A DNA stretch of 63,566 nucleotides, filler included, from Lama guanicoe (lineage: Eukaryota): the NCBI GenBank assembly GCA_013239625.1. It is 143 parts of 143 records of this genome, joined end to end, with 100 filler letters (N's around TTAATTAATTAA, not from the genome) between each part and the next. Parts side by side here need not be neighbours in the genome. Positions count along the whole stretch, not along the records: positions 1 to 344 come from PNXV01057265.1; positions 445 to 788 come from PNXV01057266.1; positions 889 to 1,232 come from PNXV01057267.1; positions 1,333 to 1,676 come from PNXV01057268.1; positions 1,777 to 2,120 come from PNXV01057269.1; positions 2,221 to 2,564 come from PNXV01057270.1; positions 2,665 to 3,008 come from PNXV01057271.1; positions 3,109 to 3,452 come from PNXV01057272.1; 135 more parts are not named here. One strand, 5' to 3'. The notes under the pieces are model-generated. The model ran no database searches. It saw only the letters and a program-made list of their open reading frames with translations, and was not told where the DNA came from. How positions within the stretch are numbered: the first letter of the stretch is position 1; every line of letters begins with the position of its first letter. A program made the position numbers and the translations under genes. This document shows, piece by piece, positions 1-11,997 of this stretch.

Positions 1-344
1 TATTGATCCTTTCTTTCCCAGGATCAGCAATTGCCTTCTTGTTTGTCTCATTTTGTGTCCTGGGAGGCTTGGCAACCATTAGGTTGCAGGACCCCAAAAT
101 ATGGTCAGAGATGTGGGTTGCACTCCATTTGCAGTTGTGATCGCACTGTTGCCAGCTCTCAGGGGAGTTGTCTAAGTCTGAATTCTTTTGATTATCTTTG
201 AGAATAGCTCTGGATCTTGCAAGGGTAGTATGTTTTGCACCCTCTTTGGGGACACCTTGTGTCCATGGGGTTCAAAACTGCCAGAAATATTTACGATTTG
301 TCCCAGGTGAAACCTGAGACAAGTAATTCAAAAGGATTTTTTTT

Positions 345-444
345 NNNNNNNNNNNNNNNNNNNNNNNNNNNNNNNNNNNNNNNNNNNNTTAATTAATTAA
401 NNNNNNNNNNNNNNNNNNNNNNNNNNNNNNNNNNNNNNNNNNNN
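345..444. other. Artificial scaffolding linker N44-TTAATTAATTAA-N44 (first of 142 identical copies; last copy 63120-63219)
   Basis: 44 N (345-388), TTAATTAATTAA (389-400), 44 N (401-444). It recurs every ~444-447 bp to the end of the window. The core is palindromic with TAA in all three frames, so it gives stops in all six. Confidence 0.99.
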
Positions 445-1364
445 GAGGCCTGGTGTGCAATGGCTGCAGACAGGAGCCCCCTCAGTAGTGCACACAGCCT
501 GCTGCTTGTGTGGACTGCCCTACAGGACCTTGGAGACAGCGCTTTCCAGTGGACATTCATGTCTAACTTCACGCTGTCCCCAGTCTAGGCTCCAGACAGG
601 TATGCAGGGTGCCTCCGGAAAGTCCCAGCACACAGGGCCCAGGGGCCACACTGGCCAAGTCCTCGTGTCCACCCACACCAGCTGCAGAACAAGGAGCATG
701 TGCATGTGTGTTAAATGAATATAACAACAAGAAATGGCTGAACTTAATTAAACCAAGAGTAAGTTTAATTTGAAATTAAAAAAAAAAANNNNNNNNNNNN
801 NNNNNNNNNNNNNNNNNNNNNNNNNNNNNNNNTTAATTAATTAANNNNNNNNNNNNNNNNNNNNNNNNNNNNNNNNNNNNNNNNNNNNTCAGAAAATGAA
901 TCCTATTCAAGAGATCAAAGAGGCTAAAGATAAGGTATCCAGTAATAGATTTAGGTGACATTCACCAGGCAGCTATATTCCATGCACAGCTGTTGTCCCA
1001 GGCTGAAATTAGCTGCTTAGAATTTGGGTTAAATAATCCCACACTTCAAATGACTTTAGGAAATTGGATGTTAGGAAGGCCAGCCAGCACCATCCAATTA
1101 AGTGGTCCTTGAACGGAAAAGTGCTTTCCTTTGAATGGGGTGGGGGAAAGAGTTTGATCACATTTAAGTTAATCTATCATTTATTGTAAGCAGTGGGTAA
1201 GATAGTTAATGACTTTATTGATTTTTTTTTTTNNNNNNNNNNNNNNNNNNNNNNNNNNNNNNNNNNNNNNNNNNNNTTAATTAATTAANNNNNNNNNNNN
1301 NNNNNNNNNNNNNNNNNNNNNNNNNNNNNNNNCCACACTAGGTCATACTTCTCACACAACAGCA

Positions 1365-1460
1365 CTGTCCCCATTTTCAGGTGAGGAACCTGAAGCTCAA
1401 AGAATATAAATAACGTGCCCTACCTCACAGGGCAGCAAATATTCAGCAGGGCCAGGTAGG
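1365..1460 (-). mobile_element. MIR SINE fragment
   Basis: CCCATTTTCAGGTGAGGAACCTGAAGCTCA resembles the reverse-complement MIR core (CCCATTTTACAGATGAGGAAACTGAGGCTCA). Boundaries approximate. Confidence 0.7.
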
Positions 1461-1776
1461 CCCACAGCCCGAGGGGGTCCTGCTATGCTCCGTGCCTCTC
1501 AGGCTCAGCCTCCCCTGAATTGCTGAATCCTCCTGGGGCTCACAGCATGAGCATTCATGGTAGCAAATGGAAGCACGTGGGATTGTGTGCCCCCCTCAAC
1601 CTTCCAGGTTTAGCCGGGAAGACGGGGAGGGTAAGAAAGAAAGGAAGAAAACGAGGTGGATCAGGGAGGATAAAGANNNNNNNNNNNNNNNNNNNNNNNN
1701 NNNNNNNNNNNNNNNNNNNNTTAATTAATTAANNNNNNNNNNNNNNNNNNNNNNNNNNNNNNNNNNNNNNNNNNNN

Positions 1777-2120
1777 TTTACTCAAAAACCAAAAGGAAAA
1801 TGTAGACAAACAAAGAAGCAAAATTAGGAAATGATTTATGAACAAAATGAGAATATCATAAAGAGATGCAAACAATAAGAGGAAAAACTCTGGAGCTGTA
1901 AAATACAATAAACGAATTGAAAAATGGATTAAAGGTGTTCAACATCAGACTTATCAAATAGAGGAGAAAACAGTGGATGTGGAGACAGATCGTTTGAAAT
2001 TATCAAGTCAGAGGAGCAAAAAATAAGAATAAAGAAAAATGAAAAGAGCCTAAGGGATTTATGGGACACTATCAAATGGAACAATATACATAGTCTGGGA
2101 AACCCAAAAAGGGAAGAAGA
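1777..2120 (+). mobile_element. LINE-1 ORF1 fossil (coiled coil into RRM start)
   Basis: A-rich. 2041-2118 translates EKSLRDLWDTIKWNNIHSLGNPKREE, matching the L1 ORF1p motif SLxExWDxxKRxNxxxxGxPE. Confidence 0.85.
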
Positions 2121-2220
2121 NNNNNNNNNNNNNNNNNNNNNNNNNNNNNNNNNNNNNNNNNNNNTTAATTAATTAANNNNNNNNNNNNNNNNNNNNNNNN
2201 NNNNNNNNNNNNNNNNNNNN

Positions 2221-2564
2221 AGCATTTGTTTTTGTCTGTCTTAATTTCACTTTATTTCCAAGTCCATCCATATTGTTGTATATGGCAAAATTTCATTCAT
2301 TTTTATAGCCATTGAACACTTAGTTTATCAGTTCACCTGCTGATGGACATTCAGACAGTCCACGTCTTGACTACTGTAAACAGTGGTGCTGTGAACATTG
2401 GGGTGCATTAACTTTTTGAATTACTGTTTTTTCATTGTTTTATTCAGATATATATCCAAAAGTGGAATTGCTGTGTCATATGGTAGGTTTGTTTTTAGTA
2501 TTGTAAGAAACCTCAATACTGTTTTCCATAGAGCCTACACCCATTTACATTCTCACCAACAGTG
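2221..2564 (-). mobile_element. LINE-1 ORF2 3' end / 3'UTR fossil
   Basis: Contains antisense L1 hallmarks AGTGGAATTGCTG..TCATATGGTAG, ATACTGTTTTCCATAG and TTTACATTCTCACCAACAGTG. Confidence 0.85.
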
Positions 2565-3407
2565 NNNNNNNNNNNNNNNNNNNNNNNNNNNNNNNNNNNN
2601 NNNNNNNNTTAATTAATTAANNNNNNNNNNNNNNNNNNNNNNNNNNNNNNNNNNNNNNNNNNNNCTGTAGGTGAAGATCACATGTGGCAAAACTCTGCCC
2701 TCTTACAGAAGAGGAGACCAGATTTCAGGTGTGAGCAGGCGAGAGGAGGGCAGTGGGCTCCGACCCAGCGGAAGGCGACAGGGACCAAGAGAAGGGAGGC
2801 AAGAGACGTCTAGGAGCAAGGATTGGATCTTTATCAGATCCGACTGTGCCTCCCAGGGCTGGACGAGGGGAGTAGGCCTTTCTGTTTCTTTGCAGTAGGA
2901 CTTGGAGTGACTCCCCTGCATATAATTCTTTTTGTTGTCGTGGTTCTTTTCATCCCGTTTTATTTTTGAGTTGAGAGTAGCAATATCAGATAATGTTAAA
3001 AAAAAAAANNNNNNNNNNNNNNNNNNNNNNNNNNNNNNNNNNNNNNNNNNNNTTAATTAATTAANNNNNNNNNNNNNNNNNNNNNNNNNNNNNNNNNNNN
3101 NNNNNNNNTGGAATTGATCTTCTGTCACAGATTAGCTCAGTGACTGTGACTAGACTACTTAAACTTTCTGAATTATTTCCTATGTCATTTATAAGAGATA
3201 TGAATAATATCTAACATATGCACCTCAAGAAAATATTGCAAGGTTATAATCAGATAATACATGGGGAAAGGTGCTTTGTAAAATGCAAAGATTTATACAT
3301 ACTTCAGTAATGTAGCTATAATTCCTTCATCTTAGATAACAGATGTGATATTTTAAAGAAGGTTAACCATGAGCAGCTCCAAGTGGGTGAATTTAAAATA
3401 CTATTTT

Positions 3408-3452
3408 TACTGTATAGCACAGGGAAATATATTCAAGATCTTGTAGTAGCTC
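3408..3452 (+). mobile_element. Young cetartiodactyl-type L1 3'UTR (contig breaks inside it)
   Basis: TACTGTATAGCACAGGGAAATATATTCAAGATCTTGTAGTAGCTC. The same family is seen at 8684-8782 (-), 14390-14566 (-), 36915-36975 and 51618-51748. Confidence 0.8.
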
Positions 3453-3552
3453 NNNNNNNNNNNNNNNNNNNNNNNNNNNNNNNNNNNNNNNNNNNNTTAA
3501 TTAATTAANNNNNNNNNNNNNNNNNNNNNNNNNNNNNNNNNNNNNNNNNNNN

Positions 3553-3680
3553 TAAATAAAATTTGTATCTTTTTTTAGATTCCACGTATAAGTGATATCA
3601 TATGAGATTTGTCTTTGTCTGACTTACTTCACTTAATAATGATAATCTCTAGGTTCATGCATGTTGCTGCAAATGGAATA
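3553..3680 (-). mobile_element. LINE-1 3' fragment
   Basis: TTTTTAGATTCCAC.TATAAGTGATATCATATG...TCTAGGTTCATGCATGTTGCTGCAAATGG is the antisense L1 3' signature. Confidence 0.85.
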
Positions 3681-4884
3681 GCACATGTCAATTCTACGTG
3701 CATTGCAGAGGACCTAGGAAAACCTTTGATAACCCTAACGTTTTTTTTGAGATCAGACAACACTGTTTCTCCATCTATAGGATGTACAGAGCAATATCTT
3801 TGTTCTAAAAATGTAGTTTGGTCATATAGAAGTGTGACTGCACATACTCTTTTATTGATTTAGAAGTTTTGCTATTACATTTTGTTGGAAAAAAAANNNN
3901 NNNNNNNNNNNNNNNNNNNNNNNNNNNNNNNNNNNNNNNNTTAATTAATTAANNNNNNNNNNNNNNNNNNNNNNNNNNNNNNNNNNNNNNNNNNNNCCAA
4001 GCTTTCCTTGGCCCAGGTTATTTTCCCACCTGGGAAACTCTGCCTTTCTGCATTCAAATCCTCTCCCCTCTGAAGGCCAAGCAGGCCCCTTTCTGATCTC
4101 TCTGGTCCATGCTCTCCCACTGCCTCCCACCCCTACTGCCCCCTGCACAACCTCACCGCTCCCACGTTGCTATCAGGCTGTTCCGAGTAGGGTGTGTCAG
4201 GGACCAGGAGGGCGCTGGATGTCTCTCACCCACGTCAGGGCTCGTTCAATGCAGCACTGAGGACTGCCTGTGACACCCCCCTCTCATCCTGCGCATCTCC
4301 CGAGGAAGTGAGCATTTGCCTCCTGCGTTGCCCACGCAGCNNNNNNNNNNNNNNNNNNNNNNNNNNNNNNNNNNNNNNNNNNNNTTAATTAATTAANNNN
4401 NNNNNNNNNNNNNNNNNNNNNNNNNNNNNNNNNNNNNNNNTGTCTGTGCCACACTTCGTTACCCAGGAAATTAAGTAATGGTTCTTGACTGCAGGTCAGT
4501 AGGGACTGTTTCTTTTTTTCACTTAGTGGCATTTTTGGCAAATTAAAGAGAAAAGTCACATTGCACATTGGAAAAGCATGTCTCTGTGTCCTGATGGTTT
4601 AAAATGCATCTCCTCCACCCAGTGGGGAGACTTCCTCAGCCCTTAATATGATTTATTTTTGTTTTAGTGATGGAGAAAACAAGAAAATATTTGAATATTT
4701 ATAATAGCACTAAGCGCAGGATATGCAAATCTTCCCAATTTGTTGGAGATGCTGAACAAAGGGAGATCTATGTATTCCCAGACANNNNNNNNNNNNNNNN
4801 NNNNNNNNNNNNNNNNNNNNNNNNNNNNTTAATTAATTAANNNNNNNNNNNNNNNNNNNNNNNNNNNNNNNNNNNNNNNNNNNN

Positions 4885-5228
4885 ATATAATTGATATACT
4901 AAGAAAGGAGACAAAATTGAATCATGCAAAATGTTTACTTAAAATCAAATAAAGCAGAAAATGAGGGAAGGAAACAAAGAATGCAGGAAATGGACAGAAA
5001 ACAGTTGTACACATGGTAATTATTAGTCAAAGTACATAAGGAGTACTTTAAGTTTGAATGGGTCTATATCAATTAAAAGACTCATATTGTAAGAGTAGAT
5101 AGAAATAAAAAGAACCAAGTATAGTTATCAATAAGAAAAGCACTTTAAATGTAAAGGATTACATAGGTTAAAAAATAAAGGGATGGAGAAAGATATACCA
5201 TGAAAACATCAATTTTAGAAAAAAAAAA
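4885..5228 (+). mobile_element. LINE-1 inter-ORF region / ORF2 endonuclease N-terminus fossil
   Basis: AAAATAAAGGGATGGAGAAAGATATACCATGAAAAC encodes KIKGWRKIYHEN, the L1 APE-endonuclease motif KxKGWRKIYxAN. Confidence 0.8.
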
Positions 5229-7679
5229 NNNNNNNNNNNNNNNNNNNNNNNNNNNNNNNNNNNNNNNNNNNNTTAATTAATTAANNNNNNNNNNNNNNNN
5301 NNNNNNNNNNNNNNNNNNNNNNNNNNNNAAAAAGCTACCAAATCATATTACAGAATACAATTTTAATACAAAAACTAGAATGCATTATTTAGATCTTTCG
5401 CATAAATAAGAATTAAACGTGTTTTGCTGAAAATCAGAGTAGGTATGTAAAAATTCAGAGTTGGCATATGTAGATTCGCCCCACCCCCAAATATGACCAA
5501 CATAGCAATCTATTTATGTAATCTGCTCAACAAATGGGTTTGGCCATGTTTTCTAAACCAAAACTCAAAAACAGCCTGACATAAGATTTTATTTTCTCAT
5601 TTCCAATCACTATGTTGTGCACCTGGAACTTACAGCATTGTCGGCAATTATATTTCAATTTAAAAAAAAAAANNNNNNNNNNNNNNNNNNNNNNNNNNNN
5701 NNNNNNNNNNNNNNNNTTAATTAATTAANNNNNNNNNNNNNNNNNNNNNNNNNNNNNNNNNNNNNNNNNNNNTTTTTTTAATGTGAAGTTTCATGTGTGT
5801 ATGGTGAAATGCACAAATTTTAAGTAATCTCCCTGATCTCATCTGAAAAAATGTATATAGCTATGTAACTCACACATCATTTCTACATAGATGTTGTCCC
5901 TAATTTAGAAGGTTCCTTCTGTGCCCCTTCCTGATCAATTCCCACAGTCCCAGAAACAACCTGTTCCCATTTCTGTTATCATAAATTCTTTTTCCAAATC
6001 TACAATTTCAAACATTTATGCACACACTGTTTTCTTTTTGTGTCTGCTTCTCTTACTCAGACTGATGCTTGTCAGATTCATTCATCATTGTCACATGTTC
6101 AGTGATTCAGTCTTATNNNNNNNNNNNNNNNNNNNNNNNNNNNNNNNNNNNNNNNNNNNNTTAATTAATTAANNNNNNNNNNNNNNNNNNNNNNNNNNNN
6201 NNNNNNNNNNNNNNNNCAATCTTTCCCCCATTCTCTAGTTGGGAGAGTCAGACGATTTGTCCCTTTGCTGTCCTCAGCGAAGGGCAGGAGAGGTAGAGTT
6301 GACAATTCTCCACGGAAGGCCTCTATGTAGACACAGCGCTGACAAAGGGTTGGAGAAGTGTGGTGCTTACAGCGGTGCAGGGTGAAGACAGTCAACCGGG
6401 TTCTCCTCACAGTCTGCAACTGTCTGGCCCCGCACAGAGCAGGCAGTGGGGAGTCCTGGCTTCTGGGGTGTGCCTGGAGGAGGGGAGGCGTATCCAGAAA
6501 GATTTCTCTCTCAGGTCCTTTTATAAAGAGAGTGTGTTTTTCGGGGATGGCTTTTCTATANNNNNNNNNNNNNNNNNNNNNNNNNNNNNNNNNNNNNNNN
6601 NNNNTTAATTAATTAANNNNNNNNNNNNNNNNNNNNNNNNNNNNNNNNNNNNNNNNNNNNATAGAGCAGGACCTGCATGCTGGTCCTGAGCAGCAAGACC
6701 ACATTAAGTCTGCGATTACTTAGCTTGGTAACTGTAAACCAGAATCGTTTAAGTACATGAGAATATCTGAACATGTATTTACATTTGTAACATTTTTAGA
6801 ATCATTTTCGTGTTTAAATCAAGCCTGGGTTTAAATTTACAGTTTGACATTATTAGCTAAATTAGGGAAGTGAAATTTCTAGTATTTATTTTTAACCTTA
6901 ATTTAAGTATGGTGATGCAAGTGAGCCTCCTCAGACATATTTGTCAAGAAAAGATGCACCTTTTTCAAAATATAGCAATAGTCATAAACTACAAAGAAGG
7001 AATGANNNNNNNNNNNNNNNNNNNNNNNNNNNNNNNNNNNNNNNNNNNNTTAATTAATTAANNNNNNNNNNNNNNNNNNNNNNNNNNNNNNNNNNNNNNN
7101 NNNNNGCTTCAGAGAGCTCAAAATGGAATGACTTCAGGTGGGAAAGGAGCCCTCACAACAGATCCTTGTGTATCACGCCAGTCAGCTCTGCTATCTGCCT
7201 ACCCTTAAAGGCATTTTACTTCAGCATGCCTTAAAACTACCGCAGGGAGGGTCTTCTCCTGACTAGACTCCCAGTTCACAGCACAGCAACAAAGCCATTA
7301 TCAGGGCAGAGCCAGCGGGAGCTCCAGTGAGCTCCTGCAACAGGCGTGGGGGCTGACCCGGCACAGGGATTTTCAGAAGCTTGCGCTGCAGGAATGAAAG
7401 TGGAACACGAGTGACGGCAGCCTGCAGCCCTGTTTTTAGTCAGAGACTGNNNNNNNNNNNNNNNNNNNNNNNNNNNNNNNNNNNNNNNNNNNNTTAATTA
7501 ATTAANNNNNNNNNNNNNNNNNNNNNNNNNNNNNNNNNNNNNNNNNNNNGCCTAAGTCTGTCTCTGCAGGACTGTCTCTCTGGCCCCACACAGCACACGC
7601 TGTCTCTCAAAGGTTTCTCCAGCCTCCTTCCCGTATCTCTGTATCACTTCGGGCCACATTAAGAACACAGAACCTCATA

Positions 7680-7812
7680 GTCTCTGCTCTGGCACTTGCT
7701 GCTGTGTGACCTTGGACAAGTCCTTCCCCCTCTGAGCTTAAGCAACTGCCCACATTTAATGAAGAGAATAGACTGTGTCACTAGATTGCCAAGGGCTCCC
7801 TTCCATGATGTC
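7680..7812 (+). mobile_element. MIR SINE
   Basis: GCTCTGGCACTTGCTGCTGTGTGACCTTGGACAAGT...CTCTGAGCTT is the MIR core. Confidence 0.75.
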
Positions 7813-7994
7813 TGGTTTCATGTTGTCTGCGTGCTGGTCCTTCTAGAACATCAACGCAGCAAAGTCCAGTTTCCTCCCAGAAGATGAGAAGAACNNNNNN
7901 NNNNNNNNNNNNNNNNNNNNNNNNNNNNNNNNNNNNNNTTAATTAATTAANNNNNNNNNNNNNNNNNNNNNNNNNNNNNNNNNNNNNNNNNNNN

Positions 7995-8338
7995 TTCAGC
8001 CTTGAGAAAGGAGGACATCCTGACACTTACAACATGGATGGACCTTGACTATATTATGCTAAGTGAGTTAAGCCAGACGTAGAAAGACAAATACTGCATG
8101 ACATCACTTACATGTAGAATTTAACAAAGCCAACTTTTTAAAAACAGAATAAAATGATGACTACCAGGGGATGCAGGGAGGGGAGGACTCGACAGATGTT
8201 TAGGATACAAACTTACAACAAGCAGTATGTAAATCCTAGAGATATGATGCACACTACAGTGAACAGAGACTATATTATATTACAATGATCAAAAACCAAG
8301 ACACTATAATAATTCTTCCAACTACTAAAAAGAAAGGA
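7995..8338 (+). mobile_element. LINE-1 (L1MA-like) ORF2 end and 3'UTR
   Basis: ACAACATGGATGGACCTTGA..ATATTATGCTAAGTGA..TAAGCCAGAC..AGAAAGACAAATACTGCATGA. Confidence 0.85.
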
Positions 8339-8683
8339 NNNNNNNNNNNNNNNNNNNNNNNNNNNNNNNNNNNNNNNNNNNNTTAATTAATTAANNNNNN
8401 NNNNNNNNNNNNNNNNNNNNNNNNNNNNNNNNNNNNNNCCACTGATCAGGTCACGGAATATCCCCAGTTTCCAGAATGTACCCATGTTCCACACCCTGTT
8501 CACAAACTTTTCCTTCTGGAGATGTCCACTAGTCTGCCTTGTTGTAGTAACCATTTTCTTTGCTTTTTTAAAAAGTATTACTACATATGAACCCCTGAAT
8601 TATATGTTTAGTGTTGCCCCATTTGAATTATAATGTTCAAATTATACTGTATGTATCCTTGTGTGATTTCTTTATATATATAT

Positions 8684-8782
8684 TTTCAAATTGAAGTATA
8701 GTCAGTGTACACTCTTGTGTCAATTTCTGGTGTGCAGCACAATAATTCAGTCATACATGAACATACATATATTCATTTTCAT
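8684..8782 (-). mobile_element. Young L1 3' terminus
   Basis: AATTGAAGTATAGTCAGTGTACA..TTGTGTCAATTTCTGGTGTGCAGCACAAT..TTCAGTCATACATG is the reverse complement of the family tail seen at 51660-51748. Confidence 0.85.
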
Positions 8783-8882
8783 NNNNNNNNNNNNNNNNNN
8801 NNNNNNNNNNNNNNNNNNNNNNNNNNTTAATTAATTAANNNNNNNNNNNNNNNNNNNNNNNNNNNNNNNNNNNNNNNNNNNN

Positions 8883-9227
8883 GCCCGCGCCCGCCCACCG
8901 CCCGGACTCGGACCCGCGCCCCCCGGGGCCTCGGGGGTGGGGCTCGTGTCTGCCCTCGACGCCCCTTCCTCCAGCGCGCACTCCAGCCCGGCTCGGCGCG
9001 GACTGACGCCCCGGGGCCGCCGCCGAGGCCGAGCGCAAGCAGTCGCACCGGAGCAACAACTCACCTCCCACCGCGGGCCTGACAAAGGCTGCCAACTTCT
9101 CGGGCCAGCGGACCCGCGCATGCGCAAGAGCGGGGGCACGGCTGGCGGGCCGCGTCCGGCTCGGAACTACGTTTCCCAGAAGCCCCCGGGCGTGGCCCGA
9201 CTCCGCTCCTCAGCAGGTGGGAGCGCG
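8883..9227. promoter_or_regulatory. CpG-island promoter fragment with NRF1 and ZNF143/THAP11 sites and a probable first-exon donor on the minus strand
   Basis: Very GC/CpG-rich. GCGCATGCGC at 9116-9125; GAACTACGTTTCCCAGAAGCCC at 9164-9185; minus-strand GAG|GTGAGT donor (GT at 9064-9063). Confidence 0.8.
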
Positions 9228-9772
9228 NNNNNNNNNNNNNNNNNNNNNNNNNNNNNNNNNNNNNNNNNNNNTTAATTAATTAANNNNNNNNNNNNNNNNN
9301 NNNNNNNNNNNNNNNNNNNNNNNNNNNGCAGGTCAGGGAGTCGGCGGGTGAGGCCTGGGCTGTACAGCTGGGGAGGCGCACGGGGAAGGAGGGGTGCGAT
9401 GTGAGGTCCAGGCCGCGCATCCCGGTTGGGACCCTGAGGCGGGTCCCGGGCCCGCTGCCCTGGTTGGGGTGCCCCTCCCCCCACATTAGTATTCACTGAA
9501 CCCGGTGGCTTTCTTGGCTGCTGTTCATATGCGGGTTTGGGAAAGTGGGAGCAGCCCAGGGAGATGGGAGGGCGCTGGACGGCCCTGGACCAGCTGAGAC
9601 TAGTCCTCAGGCTGTGCGTGGCTTTCCCGCGCAGGTGGACCTGCCCTGGGAGTGGAGGCCGCCCCGGACCCTNNNNNNNNNNNNNNNNNNNNNNNNNNNN
9701 NNNNNNNNNNNNNNNNTTAATTAATTAANNNNNNNNNNNNNNNNNNNNNNNNNNNNNNNNNNNNNNNNNNNN

Positions 9773-10117
9773 ATTAGACTTTCTAAGAAGAAGGTAATGG
9801 GTAATGACCCATTATCAAGATAAAAAAAGAGTCAATATGAAAATGCAACTCTGATGTTGAATCAGCAGACATGGGCCGTAAGGAGCTATTATAACAAATG
9901 TTCAAGGATTTAAAAGAAAATACGATCTTAATGAATGAAAAGATGATAATCTCAGCAGATAAAGTATATTTAAAAAGGAAATTATAGAATAAAATGTGTA
10001 ATAGTCAAGTTGAAAATAAAACACTAAATGATCTTAACAACAGATTGTAGATAGTATGAAAAAAAATCTTGTATAATTGGAGATCATCATATGAAATTTA
10101 CCTAATCTGAAAAGAGA
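9773..10117 (+). mobile_element. Old LINE-1 (L1M) ORF1 fossil
   Basis: A-rich. GATGTTGAATCAGCAGAC..GCTATTATAACAAATGTTCAAGGATTTAAAAGAAAA..CTTAACAACAGATTGTAGATAG is typical of L1M ORF1. Confidence 0.65.
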
Positions 10118-10669
10118 NNNNNNNNNNNNNNNNNNNNNNNNNNNNNNNNNNNNNNNNNNNNTTAATTAATTAANNNNNNNNNNNNNNNNNNNNNNNNNNN
10201 NNNNNNNNNNNNNNNNNTGTGCAAAGGCATGAAGAAGGTGACTAATAACGTGTTTTGTTTTTTCACCAATGTGTGTGGAAGCAGAGATAGATTTAGAAAA
10301 GGCATTGATGGAAACGTGGACATACTTTTAGGGACCAAATGAAGGATAGTGAGTCATGTCTGTTTCCCATATTTGATTGGGCTCTAAGCCCCAAGGATTG
10401 GCACCCCAAGATTTCTGTCCTCCAGCCAATAACTGTCGAACAGGACAAGCTGAAATAATGTTTTGCTTGACGGTTTGTTGGGTGAAACTGTTTAACCAGA
10501 GACTTACAGTTTTGATGAAAGAATTTATGCGATTGTTGTGCTGTTTTGAAAGCCAAGCTGCANNNNNNNNNNNNNNNNNNNNNNNNNNNNNNNNNNNNNN
10601 NNNNNNTTAATTAATTAANNNNNNNNNNNNNNNNNNNNNNNNNNNNNNNNNNNNNNNNNNNNGTTTATT

Positions 10670-10766
10670 ATGACCATTTTATACACCAAGAAACTGAGGC
10701 ACAGATCAGTTAAAGAATGCTTCAAAAGTCACGCTGCAGTGGACATGACGGGATTGGAATCTAGGT
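10670..10766 (-). mobile_element. MIR SINE fragment
   Basis: CCATTTTATAC..AAGAAACTGAGGCACAGA.CAGTTAA...AAGTCACGC...GGGATTGGAATCTAGG. Confidence 0.7.
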
Positions 10767-11107
10767 AATGTCAACGTTCATTTTATTAAATGTGATTTCA
10801 AGTATATATGAAAGTGTGCAGGACAGAACAGTGAAGCCCCAGGGACCTATGGCTCAGTGGCATCTGTTATGAATTCAAGGCCAACCTTGTATCATGCACC
10901 CCACACAACATTTACTCATGCTGAAGTTTTTAACTCCCAAGAATCATAATGCTTTGTGTTTGGTTATTTTAGGGAATATTTCTAAGTTTTCATTTTTTGG
11001 AAAAAAANNNNNNNNNNNNNNNNNNNNNNNNNNNNNNNNNNNNNNNNNNNNTTAATTAATTAANNNNNNNNNNNNNNNNNNNNNNNNNNNNNNNNNNNNN
11101 NNNNNNN

Positions 11108-11452
11108 GATGTTCCAGCTTATGCACAGATGCAGAAGACTCGAAACAGCCAGAGCAACCCTGGAGGGGAGGAGCAGAGGCAGAGGGCGGGCCCCGCCCAA
11201 CGTCAAGACTTCCCATCTAGCTCGTGTGTCATGTTAGTGAAAGTCTGGGCGAATATGGATCAATGGAACAGACAGAGAGCCCAGAAACGGACCCACACAA
11301 GTACAGTCAGCTGGCCTTTGACAGAGGAGCAGAGGTAACAGTGGAGCAAAGACGGGCACCTGCACAGCCACACACACAGAGTGAGTCCAGACACAGACCT
11401 GACGGCGTCACAAAAATTAACTCAAAGTGCGTCATCCTTTTAGACTGCATAC
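11108..11452 (+). mobile_element. LINE-1 ORF2 fossil (post-RT region), GC-shifted
   Basis: Frameshifted DQWNR / ESPETDPHKYSQLAFDRGA and TKINSKC correspond to L1 ORF2p DQWNRxExPExxPxxYxxLIFDK and TKINSxWI. Confidence 0.85.
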
Positions 11453-11557
11453 NNNNNNNNNNNNNNNNNNNNNNNNNNNNNNNNNNNNNNNNNNNNTTAA
11501 TTAATTAANNNNNNNNNNNNNNNNNNNNNNNNNNNNNNNNNNNNNNNNNNNNGTACA

Positions 11558-11705
11558 TTTAGTCGTTCAATGTAAGTGAAGTGGCTGCCTACCAAGTGTC
11601 AGGACCTGTTCTAGGATCTTTAGGTACAGTATTAAATAAAACAGATAAGAAGAGATAAAGACTCCTGCCTTCACGGAAACTATTACAGTTGTAGGAGATA
11701 AACAA
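11558..11705 (-). mobile_element. L2 LINE 3' end
   Basis: GCCTACCAAGTGTCAGGACCTGTTCTAGG...TACAGTA.TAAATAAAACAGA...CCTGCCTTCACGGA. Confidence 0.65.
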
Positions 11706-11997
11706 AAAAAAGTGGGAAGTTAACACCAAGAAAATTGATGGTGCTAATCCACCAGAAACTTGAACCACACTGAGAATGCTTTTATTTGAGTATTTTTTTA
11801 ACTATTTACTGAGAAACTGTTTAACCATGTTCATATGCATTTTACTATGATAACTATTACAGCAAGTTTTCTGACTGAAGGAAATGATTCCATTTTTNNN
11901 NNNNNNNNNNNNNNNNNNNNNNNNNNNNNNNNNNNNNNNNNTTAATTAATTAANNNNNNNNNNNNNNNNNNNNNNNNNNNNNNNNNNNNNNNNNNNN

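Noticed and set aside
1..344. ERV internal leader-like sequence
   Set aside because: General resemblance only, with no PBS, LTR end or coding motif to support a call.
4695..4730. Octamer ATTTGCAT plus TATAAATA on the minus strand (Ig V or histone H2B type promoter)
   Set aside because: No leader exon, histone ORF or CCAAT context follows, and both motifs are common in AT-rich DNA.
8883..9672. Two consecutive GC-rich inserts as one CpG island (exon 1 plus intron 1)
   Set aside because: Order is by length, not position. There is no overlap between the inserts, so adjacency is most likely coincidental.
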